Positions 46,386-56,983 of a stretch of DNA of 64,000 nucleotides are shown here, piece by piece. Numbering within the stretch: the first letter of the stretch is position 1; the number at the start of each line of letters is the position of its first letter. The position numbers were made by a program, and so were the translations under genes. The notes under the pieces were generated by a model. That model was not told the origin of the DNA. It did not search any database and saw only the letters and a list, made by a program, of their open reading frames with translations. The DNA is from a virus. The stretch spans positions 81,920 through 145,919 of IMG/VR virus record IMGVR_UViG_3300032309_001546. One strand, given 5' to 3'.

Positions 46386-49377
46386 AAGACTATTACAAGA
46401 AGGTATTGTTCAAGACTATTTTGTTAATAGTGTTAAGGGCGATTTTACCCATGAAGTCTGGGATAAGAAGAGCCCTCACTTTCTTGATTTCAAATACTTT
46501 ATTAGTGATGGCGTTGCAGAGAATAAAGTTGGCCTAGTAACTCTTACAAAGGTTACTCACGGCATGAGACCGACTCAGAACAATCTTATCTATATGCCAT
46601 CTGATTTGAAAGACGCGATTCCTACACTTACCAGTCCTTACAATATTCCTATTAAGCCTATGCATAAGGAAGTTGCTATTGTTGATGGTAAGAAGATTGA
46701 GAATAGAGAGGTAGGTGCAGTTGGTCGTGCCATTGGTGGAACTTGGGTAGACAACCCTAAAGCTGGCTATAATGTTAGCTCTATAATGATCAAGGATGGC
46801 CTTATGCTTAAGGCTCCTGACGTTGCTATGGCTCCCTATATGAAGAAGCTTGCCAAGTCTGGAATGATGACTGATGAGGATTTTGAGGGCCTTGGATGGG
46901 TACTCGTCAAGGGACTTGTTACGGATCCAGAGGCTGTAGAGAAAACTCTTGATGGCCGCTATCTTACAGTTAGTGTTGAGATGACTCCTAATGATCTTTA
47001 CGATTCTATTAGTGGTAGATCATACAAGACTGACGAGATGGAGTGGGACATTGGCGACGACATTGATGGTGTCAAGGCTTATGGTGTACCAAGTGGTCTT
47101 CGCTATCGTGGCTATGCTTATGTTACACATCCTGCTGATGTCCATGCAAGAGTAATGAATTATAAAGAAGTTGGCGGTGACGCACTTCAGCAGTATCTAG
47201 AAAACTTTAAGACTACTATGGTTGTAACCGATTGCTTTAAGAATGCTGTCACTGACATTAGCGATTCAGAAATTATGGCTAGCTTTGACAATGGTCCAGT
47301 AGCTACAGCTCCAGTTGAAATTGTAGAAGATGATGTTGATCTTTACAGTCAACTATCAGAGGAAGAGAAAGCTCTAGCTGACTCCCTTATGGCTCTTGCT
47401 GCTAAGGTTGGACCTCTTGATAAAGCTTCTGGTATTTGGGTTGGTTATGAAAGTGGCCCAGAGAATGAGAATCTTAGCATTGGTGTTAAGTGCAGTAATT
47501 GTGCCCTTCATGCTAGCGAGAATCGTTGCAAAATTATTTCCGAGACTATAGAGCCAAATGGCTACTGCAGATTTGCTGTTATTCCTGATGGGCTAGTTTC
47601 AGCAAACAAAGAAGAAGAGCCTATGGAAGACCAAACTAAATCAACTAACCAAGAGGAGCAACAAATGCCCACTGCACTATCAGAAGACAGTAAGAAAGAG
47701 ATTCTTTCAATTGTTGACGAATACATCAAGTCAAAGTCAATTGCTCCTGTGGAAGTAATGTCAGAGCTTGAAGAGTTACGATCTGGCAAAGCTATTACAG
47801 ACGAAAAGCTTGCTAAGGTTGAGCTTGATACTAAGTCACTGCTGGACTCTGTTAAGGAATTCCTTGCTAATAACTTTAATGTAGAACTAGCTGATGACAT
47901 GTCAGCTGAGATGTTCTCGGAGATGGTAAAGACAATCACTATTGATGATGCTGTTTGGTCAACCGCTTACGTTAACAATCTTCCAGACAGTGCGTTTTTC
48001 TATATTGAGTCAGGTGGTGAGAAAGATGAAGAGGGTAAGACTAAGCCTCGCTCACTTCGCCATCTTCCATATAAGGGAGACGATGGTAAGATTGATCTTC
48101 CTCATCTTCGCAATGCAATTGCTAGAGCTGGCCAGGTCAAGGGTCTTGCTGAAGATAAGGTTAAATCAATCCAGGCTCGCGCCCAGAAGATGCTTGCACG
48201 TATGCAAGATGCCGGCAAGTCCAAGATGGACGAGTCTGAGTTTGGTGAAGAAATTCAAGATTTATTTGCTGCAGAAATCGATGACGCTGCCGAGGGATTT
48301 GTTCCAACACCAGGTATGGCATCAGCTGCTAAGCGTGCTCTTGAGTGGCGTACAGAGTTTAAAAGAGGTGGTACGCCCGTGGGCGTCGCCCGCGCAAGAG
48401 ACCTTATGAATCGTAAGGAACTCTCTGCTTCTACTGTTATGCGTATGAAGAGCTTCTTTGCACGTCATGAAGTTGATAAGAAGGCTTCCGGGTTTAGCCA
48501 AGGCGAAGAAGGCTTTCCCTCTGCTGGCCGTATTGCTTGGGATCTCTGGGGTGGCGATGGTGGCAAGAGCTGGGCTGATGCCAGAGCTGCCAGAATCCAG
48601 AGAATGAGAACCGAAGACAATGCTAATGATTGGGTGCTAGATATCTTTGATGACTACTATTCAGTAGAAGATGACTACAATGAGGATATTGAAGATGCCA
48701 AGACGATTAAGGTAGGCGACTTTGTTTCGTATGCAGTCAATAAGGATCCAGATCCTCTTAGATATGCAAAAGGTAAGGTTACTAAAGTTGACAGAGATGG
48801 CAAAGTTTCTCTTGATGGAACTAGCGAATCAAAAGAAGCAACTGGTGATGATCCTGTTGCTACTCTAGAAGTCTATATGGAAGTTGAAGATTCCGAAGAC
48901 CAGACAGAAGTTGAGACCCTTGATGACGCTTCTAAGGTAAAAAAGACCGATAGAAAAGTTATAAAGAACTTCTCTGAGCTTAAGAAGATTATGGCTCCTA
49001 TCATATGGAGCAAGAAAGAAACTCCCCCTATCGGTCCTATGGGAGACCAGCAAGATAGCTCCGAGGAAACGGTTATTGAGGATGCTAGTGGTGTAAGTGG
49101 TACTCTTGCAGCTAAGGCCAAAGAGCACAATGACAAGTACGGTGACAAAGAAGGCAAGAAGGTTACTACAGGTATGCTAAGGTCTGTCTACAATCGTGGC
49201 ATTGGCGCATACAAAACAAATCCTAGTAGTGTTCGCCCTAATGTCGCAAGTGCTGAACAATGGGCATTCGCAAGAGTCAATGGCTTTCTATATGCAGTAA
49301 GAGGTGGCAGTTTCAAGAGAAAGGCTTTCGACACTGATCTATTACCAAAGGGTCACCCAAAGTCTTCTAAGAAGTAA
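46372..49377 (+). CDS. prohead protease/scaffold with appended small domains
   Basis: H...VGR...DPEAVEKTLDGRYLTVSV...YVTHPAD protease-like N-terminus; lies between portal and capsid. Confidence 0.75.
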   Translation: MKISKRLLQEGIVQDYFVNSVKGDFTHEVWDKKSPHFLDFKYFISDGVAENKVGLVTLTKVTHGMRPTQNNLIYMPSDLKDAIPTLTSPYNIPIKPMHKEVAIVDGKKIENREVGAVGRAIGGTWVDNPKAGYNVSSIMIKDGLMLKAPDVAMAPYMKKLAKSGMMTDEDFEGLGWVLVKGLVTDPEAVEKTLDGRYLTVSVEMTPNDLYDSISGRSYKTDEMEWDIGDDIDGVKAYGVPSGLRYRGYAYVTHPADVHARVMNYKEVGGDALQQYLENFKTTMVVTDCFKNAVTDISDSEIMASFDNGPVATAPVEIVEDDVDLYSQLSEEEKALADSLMALAAKVGPLDKASGIWVGYESGPENENLSIGVKCSNCALHASENRCKIISETIEPNGYCRFAVIPDGLVSANKEEEPMEDQTKSTNQEEQQMPTALSEDSKKEILSIVDEYIKSKSIAPVEVMSELEELRSGKAITDEKLAKVELDTKSLLDSVKEFLANNFNVELADDMSAEMFSEMVKTITIDDAVWSTAYVNNLPDSAFFYIESGGEKDEEGKTKPRSLRHLPYKGDDGKIDLPHLRNAIARAGQVKGLAEDKVKSIQARAQKMLARMQDAGKSKMDESEFGEEIQDLFAAEIDDAAEGFVPTPGMASAAKRALEWRTEFKRGGTPVGVARARDLMNRKELSASTVMRMKSFFARHEVDKKASGFSQGEEGFPSAGRIAWDLWGGDGGKSWADARAARIQRMRTEDNANDWVLDIFDDYYSVEDDYNEDIEDAKTIKVGDFVSYAVNKDPDPLRYAKGKVTKVDRDGKVSLDGTSESKEATGDDPVATLEVYMEVEDSEDQTEVETLDDASKVKKTDRKVIKNFSELKKIMAPIIWSKKETPPIGPMGDQQDSSEETVIEDASGVSGTLAAKAKEHNDKYGDKEGKKVTTGMLRSVYNRGIGAYKTNPSSVRPNVASAEQWAFARVNGFLYAVRGGSFKRKAFDTDLLPKGHPKSSKK

Positions 49378-49419
49378 TATATATTTAACACGTAACACTA
49401 ATCCTTTTGGAGGAATAAT

Positions 49420-50235
49420 ATGGAAACTGAAATGACAACTAGCCCAGCTCAAGTAGCTGACGCTCTCAAGGGCTTACTTAGCAATGTAATTGCTCTCTAC
49501 TCAAGTGCACATCGTGCGCATTGGAATGTGGCTGGCCCTGACTTTGCTCAGTATCATGAGCTATTTGGAAATATCTATGATGACATCTACTCTAATTCAG
49601 TAGATCCACTTGCTGAGAATATTCGTAAGCTTGGCTCATTTCCTCACTCTCTTACTTATATGGTCGAGACAGCATCAATCAAAGATGACTCTATGACTAC
49701 TGAAGCAAGTGAACTTGCTCTTGATATTTACAAGAAGAATGTGACGATGCTTGGTATGCTTAAAGATCTCTTTGACATGGCCAACGCTGCTAATGAACAG
49801 GGTGTTGCTAACTTCCTTGCTGAGCGTATTGATATGCATCAGAAGTGGCAGTGGCAACTTAGCTCTTCCCTTCAGACTGCTGGTATGGAAATTCCAAGTG
49901 AATCTTCTACTGAGGAAGTTAGCGAAGAAATGAGTGGCCCAATGGACTCTGTGGAAGAGACAGTGACTGAGATTGCTGATAGCTCAGAGCCAGAAGAGAT
50001 TGTTATTGAAGATTCTGTTGAGCCAAAAGAGCTTGGTAAGAAGCTTGATATGAATACCATTGAAGATGCAATGGATACCACACCTGAATACTGGACATCT
50101 GTAGAGCGCAGAGTCGCTAGTAAATATAAGGAATTACGAAATCATGATATAAATAAAGCTGAGAACTATCTTGTTCAACAGGTGCGTTCTGGCTTTATTT
50201 CAGGAAAGTTTAACCCACTAGATGTGAAAGTCTAA
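49420..50235 (+). CDS. dps: Dps/ferritin-like protein with acidic C-terminal extension
   Basis: HWNVAGPDFAQYHELF...DPLAENIRKLG...HQKWQWQL Dps signature. Confidence 0.88.
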   Translation: METEMTTSPAQVADALKGLLSNVIALYSSAHRAHWNVAGPDFAQYHELFGNIYDDIYSNSVDPLAENIRKLGSFPHSLTYMVETASIKDDSMTTEASELALDIYKKNVTMLGMLKDLFDMANAANEQGVANFLAERIDMHQKWQWQLSSSLQTAGMEIPSESSTEEVSEEMSGPMDSVEETVTEIADSSEPEEIVIEDSVEPKELGKKLDMNTIEDAMDTTPEYWTSVERRVASKYKELRNHDINKAENYLVQQVRSGFISGKFNPLDVKV

Positions 50236-50256
50236 CCCAAATTATAGGAGAAAACT

Positions 50257-51816
50257 ATGGCAACATACAGAAAGTTTAGAGATATCGATTACGGTAAGCC
50301 GATTATCGCCCCTACGCATGGCGACACGGTTGCTCCTCAGAATGACCTTGCCGCTGCGGCTTGGCTACCCGTTGACCCAACCGATGCTAATATTGCAATG
50401 GGTTTCCACTCTTATGACTACCAACGCCATGTCTTCACCGACAAGGTTGTTATCATGCCTGGTAAGCTTGTCGCTCTTACGCGTGAAAGCCTTACTGGTG
50501 ACAATACCATTTCTTCAATCAATCAAGGTACCGTAGGTCGTCTTGTCCCGGCTGGTGTTCGTCTTGCTTGGAAGGCTGCTGCTGGTACAGGTGTTACTGT
50601 TCTCCAGTATACTGCCGTTGACGTCGCTGAGAGAATTGAAGACCTTGGTACAGGTCGCCCTGTCACAGGTCCTAAGACCTACACTAAGAATGCCCTTACA
50701 ACTAAGCTTCAAGAGCGTGGCCTTCTTGGCGACGGTGAGACTCTTGACCAACTAATTTCTCGTCCAATTGGTGTAGCTGCTAACGTGGTTTATGCTTGGG
50801 CCGGTGGCGATGGTACGCAGCCCAATAAGCTTCGTTTCATGAACTATCGTCGTGAGAATAAGTCAACGTTCTGGACTGGCCAGGACCATACCCTTCGTCT
50901 TCCTGTTGCTCCTGCTAAGTCCTATAACATCTCTGCTCTCAATCTTACGGTTGATGCAAATGCTAGCGCTTCATGGGATGGAACTAAGAAGCTTGTGCTA
51001 CTTGGTGATGGTACTACTGTTGCTGCAGCTAGCGCGGGCACCACACTTTCAAACTACTATCATGGTGCTGACTTCGCTAAGCAAGCTACCTATGCTAACG
51101 TGAAGGCTATGTTTGATGAGCGTTACGCTGATCTTGCTACTAATGCAAGTGCCAAGGTGCTTGTCCTTGGTCATCAGGGTATTGAAAGCAACATCTACAA
51201 TACCATTGAACTTTGGTCAGTAACTGGTGCTGGTACATCTACTCTTACACAAGGTACTAATCTTACATCAACCTGGCTAGCTACAGAAAAGGCAGCTCCT
51301 GCTGGCGTTAAGGCTGCTGGCGATTACTTTGTGGACCGTGATCTTGGTCTTCTTTTTGTGCACACTGACTGCCCTGCTACTGGTGACTATCTTGTTGCCT
51401 TCCGTCTTGCTGCTGAAGTTGAGTCATACAGTGGTAATGTCTTTGCTGCTGTTGGCAAGGCTGTCAAGCCTGGCGATTATCTCACCTACGATAAGTATTC
51501 CAACTTTGTTCCTTACATTGCTCGCCCTGACGAGACAGAGCTTATTGCAGAGCAAGGCACAGCCGGAGCTGCTGATCTTAGTGTAGTGGCTTATGTCAAT
51601 CCTACTACCTACCATCGTCCAGAGGACATTGTTGGTAAGTGCTATACGCTTGACCGTTCACCTAAGGCTGATCTTGCTACCGTCAAGACTTTCCACGATT
51701 ATGAAGGCGTGTCACTCGCTGATCGTACTCCTGGTTCGGCTAACGATGGTCATCCTGCAGAAATTCATCAGTCATTCGGTGGTCAGTTCGCTGCCATCGT
51801 GCGCGTCCTACTCTAA
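50257..51816 (+). CDS. putative capsid decoration/minor head protein
   Basis: Directly before the MCP with similar high-expression codon bias. Confidence 0.6.
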   Translation: MATYRKFRDIDYGKPIIAPTHGDTVAPQNDLAAAAWLPVDPTDANIAMGFHSYDYQRHVFTDKVVIMPGKLVALTRESLTGDNTISSINQGTVGRLVPAGVRLAWKAAAGTGVTVLQYTAVDVAERIEDLGTGRPVTGPKTYTKNALTTKLQERGLLGDGETLDQLISRPIGVAANVVYAWAGGDGTQPNKLRFMNYRRENKSTFWTGQDHTLRLPVAPAKSYNISALNLTVDANASASWDGTKKLVLLGDGTTVAAASAGTTLSNYYHGADFAKQATYANVKAMFDERYADLATNASAKVLVLGHQGIESNIYNTIELWSVTGAGTSTLTQGTNLTSTWLATEKAAPAGVKAAGDYFVDRDLGLLFVHTDCPATGDYLVAFRLAAEVESYSGNVFAAVGKAVKPGDYLTYDKYSNFVPYIARPDETELIAEQGTAGAADLSVVAYVNPTTYHRPEDIVGKCYTLDRSPKADLATVKTFHDYEGVSLADRTPGSANDGHPAEIHQSFGGQFAAIVRVLL

Positions 51817-51850
51817 TTAAAATCATAATCTCAATAAGGAGAACCGAAAC

Positions 51851-53137
51851 ATGTCAAGACTAAAGCACAAGAACCTAGAAATTGCTGATCAGAGTGAGCT
51901 TACAGCGCTCATCAAGAACAACGGTTGGCTTCCTGGCTCAGACCACTCCAGCGACTCACGTCTTTCAATCGAAGACGCGATTACGTCAGCTGAGCTTGGG
52001 CCCTGGGTCAAGCACTCAATTGTTGAGATTATGATGGAGCCGATGGAGCCTATGCTCAATCTTACCCCACTCCTTGATACCATTCCTGCACCGGATGGTA
52101 TTACTGAGTTCCGCCTTCCCGCCCTTTCAGCTTTTACTGTCCATAAGGTCACTGAGCTTGAAGGTTATCGTGAAGAGCGTGTGACAACTGGCGGTGGTAT
52201 GGCTACGGCCGCCATTGACAAGTGGGGTGTTATGATCTCCCTTACGCAAGAGGCAATCAAGGCTTCCAACTGGAATCTCCTTGGTTACTTGGCCCGTGAG
52301 GCTGGTCGTGCTTTCGCTCGCCGCAAGGAGACCGAAATCGCCAAGCACATCACGAACATCAGCGTTCCTGCGTTTGACAATCTTAATCCTACTCAGTCAG
52401 CTCTTGGTATCACGACTGGTCGTGACATCACGATGAAGACCAATGGTACTCTTACCATGGATGACCTTTTCAACGCTTATCATCTTCTCATTCAGAGAGG
52501 CTTTACGCCTGATACGCTTATCTGCCATCCCCTTACGTACCTTATGTTTGTACGCGACCCCGTCCTTCGTGCATTTGCCATGCAGAGCGGTAGCGGCAAT
52601 CTCTTTGGTAACTACTCGGGTTCAGCTGCCAACGTTAGCGGTGTTCCTGACGCCGTTAAGGGTGTTCTTTCAAAGGGTTATTCACGCGGTCAGCTTGGTA
52701 CTGGTGCCGATGGCTCCAAGGCCTCGCTTAAGGACTTCAACGTTAACGCCATCACAGCTGCTCCTCAGCTTCCTCTTGGCCTTCCGTTCGGTCTCCGCAT
52801 TGTGACCTCACGTTTCATGCCTTACGATCCTGCTACTAAGCTTACCGATATCGTTCTTTGCGATAGCAAGTCACTTGGTGCTCTAATCGTTGGTTCAGGC
52901 ATTGTTGCTGACGAGTGGGAAGACAAGTACTTCGAGACCTTCAAGATGAAGTGGTCAGAGAAGTGGGGTATCTTCATGTATAACGAAGGCCAGGGTCTAG
53001 TTACGCTTAAGAATATCTTCTGCGAGCAGAACTTCTACTCACCTGAGATTGCACGTCCTTACTACAATGTTACGGATGGCGATTTCCTTGCAGCGGTTCC
53101 TGGTGTTGCTCCGATTAGCACTCAGTTCCCTGACTAA
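51851..53137 (+). CDS. major capsid protein (HK97-like)
   Basis: 428 aa; KWGVMISLTQEAI...AGRAFARRKE, PDTLICHP; strong RBS; followed by a terminator. Confidence 0.88.
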   Translation: MSRLKHKNLEIADQSELTALIKNNGWLPGSDHSSDSRLSIEDAITSAELGPWVKHSIVEIMMEPMEPMLNLTPLLDTIPAPDGITEFRLPALSAFTVHKVTELEGYREERVTTGGGMATAAIDKWGVMISLTQEAIKASNWNLLGYLAREAGRAFARRKETEIAKHITNISVPAFDNLNPTQSALGITTGRDITMKTNGTLTMDDLFNAYHLLIQRGFTPDTLICHPLTYLMFVRDPVLRAFAMQSGSGNLFGNYSGSAANVSGVPDAVKGVLSKGYSRGQLGTGADGSKASLKDFNVNAITAAPQLPLGLPFGLRIVTSRFMPYDPATKLTDIVLCDSKSLGALIVGSGIVADEWEDKYFETFKMKWSEKWGIFMYNEGQGLVTLKNIFCEQNFYSPEIARPYYNVTDGDFLAAVPGVAPISTQFPD

Positions 53138-53164
53138 TAGTTAGGAAACAAGTAATAGATAAAT

Positions 53165-53200
53165 AGCCCTCAGGTCGAAAGGCCTGGGGGCTTTCTTTTT
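53165..53200 (+). terminator. intrinsic terminator after the MCP
   Basis: AGCCCTCAGGTC-GAAA-GGCCTGGGGGCT then TTCTTTTT. Confidence 0.9.
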
Positions 53201-53242
53201 GTTATAATGTCCCTAGCTAGATATTAATCACTAGGAGTAGAT

Positions 53243-53461
53243 ATGAGTTTAGAAGATAAGATCGCCCGCGCCCTTTCAACTGTCACGTCTAATAAGGACA
53301 TGGAAGCTCTATTCAGAAGGTTAGCCTTTGAAGAGCATCAGGCAATTATGGAAGATGAAGATTGCGTTATAGAGGCTGAGAGTCTTGAGACTCAAGAAAT
53401 TACTTTAGTTACTGGCTGCGAAGTTGATTGTACTCTTGAATCTTACATTGAGGAGTTCTAA
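53243..53461 (+). CDS. small acidic protein
   Basis: AGGAG RBS. Confidence 0.65.
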   Translation: MSLEDKIARALSTVTSNKDMEALFRRLAFEEHQAIMEDEDCVIEAESLETQEITLVTGCEVDCTLESYIEEF

Positions 53462-53463
53462 CA

Positions 53464-54570
53464 ATGGCTTTTACTATTGTTTCAGTTTGGCCAGATGATG
53501 GCTTTAATGTTTTTCCTACAGGGGAAAAGATTGAAATTCTTTTTAATCAAGAAGTCTCTGAGTTTCTTGCTGAGAATAGTATTAGTTTAGTTGGTCCAGA
53601 TAACCATATTGTTACTGGTATTGAATTTGAAGAAAAGCTTTATAAGTTCTCAAGTGAGACTAACTATGCTAAGGTCCTTGAAACCTTACATCTGAAAGGT
53701 GAAGTTCCGCTTGAGTTAGAGGTTATCAGATGTGATGCGTCTGGTAATGCTCTTGAAGAGCAAATGAGTTATGCTTACAGTGCTACTGTCAAAAGTAAAT
53801 TAATTATTAGACCTAAGTCTTTCTTGCAGGAGAAAACAGATTATCGCTTGCTAATTAGCGGGTCGTCTACTCCTGACAATGAATGGAGTTATATCGGATC
53901 CCGAACTGTATTTGATGCAGAGAAAGATGCCCTTACCTCTACCGGAGAAGGAATCCTAAAGGCTAGTGGATATTACACTGGAGCAACAAGTGATGTTCTT
54001 GTGGTTGAAGTTGCTAGGGCAGGCAGCTCATCTACTTGTAAATTAAACTGGTATTTTGAAAGCGCCGCACTTGTAACTCATGATCTTTTACCTTTAACCG
54101 GACGCAATAAGATTGCCAAAGATAAAGATATCTATCTAGAGTTAATTGGTGGCGCAGCTGATGCATTTAAGGTTGGAGATGCATGGACTATTAATCTACG
54201 TCCAATAGAATATCTTGCAGATACTTATAAGCTTGATTTCTCAACCGCTGCTAATCAAGTTAAAGAGCTACCTACTACAGTATCACAGAGTCCAATTGGA
54301 TTAGACGCTCCTACTCAGGCAGAGCTAGAGGCTGCCGCTGCTGAGTTTCAATTAGTAAAGATCGAACCAGAGTACGGTTCTAGTAATATAACTTTAAAGA
54401 CCAAGCAAATTATTCTTACCTTTAATAAGAATGTTGATCCTACTAGCGTAACAGCAGATACAGTTAAGTTGTTCAGGAATATTATGGATGGCAACCAGGA
54501 TGCAGTTGATGTCGGCTACTCTTGGATTGTTAATGGCAAAAAAATTATCATTAACATAATAAGGGAATAA
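53464..54570 (+). CDS. Ig-like (Big_5-type) domain virion protein
   Basis: IVSVWP...IEILFNQEV and IEP...IILTFNKNVDPTSV. Confidence 0.7.
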   Translation: MAFTIVSVWPDDGFNVFPTGEKIEILFNQEVSEFLAENSISLVGPDNHIVTGIEFEEKLYKFSSETNYAKVLETLHLKGEVPLELEVIRCDASGNALEEQMSYAYSATVKSKLIIRPKSFLQEKTDYRLLISGSSTPDNEWSYIGSRTVFDAEKDALTSTGEGILKASGYYTGATSDVLVVEVARAGSSSTCKLNWYFESAALVTHDLLPLTGRNKIAKDKDIYLELIGGAADAFKVGDAWTINLRPIEYLADTYKLDFSTAANQVKELPTTVSQSPIGLDAPTQAELEAAAAEFQLVKIEPEYGSSNITLKTKQIILTFNKNVDPTSVTADTVKLFRNIMDGNQDAVDVGYSWIVNGKKIIINIIRE

Positions 54571-54571
54571 T

Positions 54572-55660
54572 ATGTTAACCGTAATACAAGGAGAAACAGT
54601 TGATATTGTTTGTCAAGTCAGAGATGGCAATGGCTACTTAACTAATGGGCTTAATCCTATTGTCTCTATTTATCCCTATGGTAGAAAGCCTGGATTGCCA
54701 GGTGTGAATCTCGAAGATGATGCAATTGTCTATCAAGACGATCCTGGTGCAGCAACCAAGTATGGTCAGTACACTTACAGCTACTTAACTGCTGCTGATG
54801 CGCAGGTTGGTGAATGGTGGGCTTACTTCGAAGTGAATGTTGGAACAGCACTTGTTCCTGTCATGTTTACAAGCCTTATTCCGTTTAGTGTGCTTCCAAG
54901 TAGCAACTCTGCTAATGCTTATTCCCAAGATGACGGCTTTGATACTTTACTTAATAATAATCAATATGTTATAGAGATTAGAGGTATCAAGGAAGTTGGT
55001 GCTGCTGTTGGTTCTGTTGGTATAGAAGATGAGTCTTGGTTCACCAGCAGATACACTCCTATGTATGCAACTTATGATCAAGTCTTATCTAGCGTTGGTA
55101 GCATTGTAGGTGATGTTGACGCAGATACAGTTAACTATCTTATTTATAGATATTCAAAGATTGTTGAAGCAATGGTCTTTAATATGCCTCGTGAAAATGG
55201 AACACAGAAGTGGCTTGACTATGTGAAGATGGAATATGTAATTATTAACAGCTCCATTGATCTTATAGAAAACATTTCGCTTGCATTAGGTGCGCCTAAG
55301 TCTAAGCAACTTGGTGATCTTAAAGTTGAATGGGCTGACAACGCTGCGGCGTTAAAAGTTAAGATTGAGCAGATGAGAAAGCGTGACGAAGACTTGCATA
55401 GAATTCTTCACAGCAATGGTAATCTTTCCTATGGTGCTAGTCTTAATGCTGGTATGGCAATCAAAGGATACATGGGAGCAGACTATCCTGCCTTTGGTAG
55501 ATCAATTGATAACATGCCTAGATTCGCACCTAGTGTTAACGTTAAGACTAGACTGCCTGGATCTTACAGATACTACCCAGATTATGCTTATCAGAACCGC
55601 TATCGTTACCGGTACATTTATAGAAATATAAATGGGAACTGGCCAGATACTGGTAGCTAA
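54572..55660 (+). CDS. putative head-tail adaptor/neck protein
   Basis: Synteny; SKQLGDLKVEW motif. Confidence 0.55.
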   Translation: MLTVIQGETVDIVCQVRDGNGYLTNGLNPIVSIYPYGRKPGLPGVNLEDDAIVYQDDPGAATKYGQYTYSYLTAADAQVGEWWAYFEVNVGTALVPVMFTSLIPFSVLPSSNSANAYSQDDGFDTLLNNNQYVIEIRGIKEVGAAVGSVGIEDESWFTSRYTPMYATYDQVLSSVGSIVGDVDADTVNYLIYRYSKIVEAMVFNMPRENGTQKWLDYVKMEYVIINSSIDLIENISLALGAPKSKQLGDLKVEWADNAAALKVKIEQMRKRDEDLHRILHSNGNLSYGASLNAGMAIKGYMGADYPAFGRSIDNMPRFAPSVNVKTRLPGSYRYYPDYAYQNRYRYRYIYRNINGNWPDTGS

Positions 55661-55669
55661 GGAGGACTA

Positions 55670-56218
55670 ATGCCAATCGGAAAAAGTCGTTTTTATCGCT
55701 CAAGCTCGATTCCAAAGACTACACAAAAAGAAGTAGACTTACGCAAAGAGACTAAGGATACTTTTACAGGCTCAGTCTATGAAATTCCAAAGTCTTTTAA
55801 AGTTATGCTTAGAAAGTTTAGACGTAACGATAATAAGTATAGAATTCCATGTTCTTGTAATGTAGCTAAAGAGGGACAAGGTCATCAAAAATGTAGTGTT
55901 TGCCTTGGCGAAGGTTATCTATGGGATGAGCATTATGTTGATACTTTTAAGGTTGACATTGGCAGTGATCAAGAAAAAGCGGGCGCATCTCTTTTGACTG
56001 AAATAGGTAGGAGTAAGAAACAATTCTGTAAGTTCTATGTCCAAGATACAGTTACTATAGACTATGAAGACAAGATCATTGAGCTGGCACTAGAACCTGA
56101 CGGTACTCTTGTTAAGCCAGAACGTCGCCATATTGTTTGGACTATCAATACATTGAATGAGAAGAGATCAGATACTGGTCGAATAGAATACATAATCTTA
56201 TACTGCAGGAAATACTAA
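55670..56218 (+). CDS. putative head-closure/neck protein
   Basis: CSC...CSVCLGEGY Zn motif; synteny. Confidence 0.6.
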   Translation: MPIGKSRFYRSSSIPKTTQKEVDLRKETKDTFTGSVYEIPKSFKVMLRKFRRNDNKYRIPCSCNVAKEGQGHQKCSVCLGEGYLWDEHYVDTFKVDIGSDQEKAGASLLTEIGRSKKQFCKFYVQDTVTIDYEDKIIELALEPDGTLVKPERRHIVWTINTLNEKRSDTGRIEYIILYCRKY

Positions 56219-56219
56219 T

Positions 56220-56963
56220 ATGTTGAATCCCCTTAGCCCTCAATTATTCAAAGATTTAACTGAAGCTCAACAGAATGTGCTTGTTAATATTATGGAATCG
56301 GAAAACATTACGAATGTAAAAACAGAAGTAATGCCAACTAATATTATTCTTGAGCCTGGCGGCAGAGCTACTGTCCAGATGCAGAATGAGAGATTTAAGG
56401 TTAATAGTATATATGAAGTATCAACTGTCTTACAGCAAATAGTAGATATGGCAACTGCAACAATGAAGCCATCTTGGTTGAAAAATGATAGATTGATTAT
56501 TCAACGCCCTATCATTAATGTAGAGAGTGAAACTCCTGCTGTTGTTTTTTATGTTACAGATGGTAAACCTGGTGCAGCCGGGACTGGGCCTGTTAACTCT
56601 CCATCACGAAGAATGGTTACAAGTATTCTTCTTGGCAGGTACTTAGATCCGACAGATGATAGTTCAGAAGTATACTTGTATGGACAAAGACTAGACTACA
56701 ATATTAACTTAAGTGTTTACGCGAAAACCGCGCATGAAGCTGACATTATCAAGGAGTGGGTTGCGGATATTATCAAGACTTATCTATGGTATGTTAAATA
56801 CAGTGGAGTCTTAGACTTTACGTTTGTTGAAGATACCGGTGATGACACAGAGGCCCTTAGACACAAGAGAACTTTAAAATATGCTGTTTCAATTGAAAAA
56901 CTTACTTGGACCAGTATTCTTACCCTCAAACAAATCATTCTACAAATAACACCCTCAAGTTAA
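56220..56963 (+). CDS. putative tail completion/terminator protein
   Basis: Immediately before the sheath gene. Confidence 0.55.
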   Translation: MLNPLSPQLFKDLTEAQQNVLVNIMESENITNVKTEVMPTNIILEPGGRATVQMQNERFKVNSIYEVSTVLQQIVDMATATMKPSWLKNDRLIIQRPIINVESETPAVVFYVTDGKPGAAGTGPVNSPSRRMVTSILLGRYLDPTDDSSEVYLYGQRLDYNINLSVYAKTAHEADIIKEWVADIIKTYLWYVKYSGVLDFTFVEDTGDDTEALRHKRTLKYAVSIEKLTWTSILTLKQIILQITPSS

Positions 56964-56983
56964 TTTAATTTAAAGGAGAAAAG

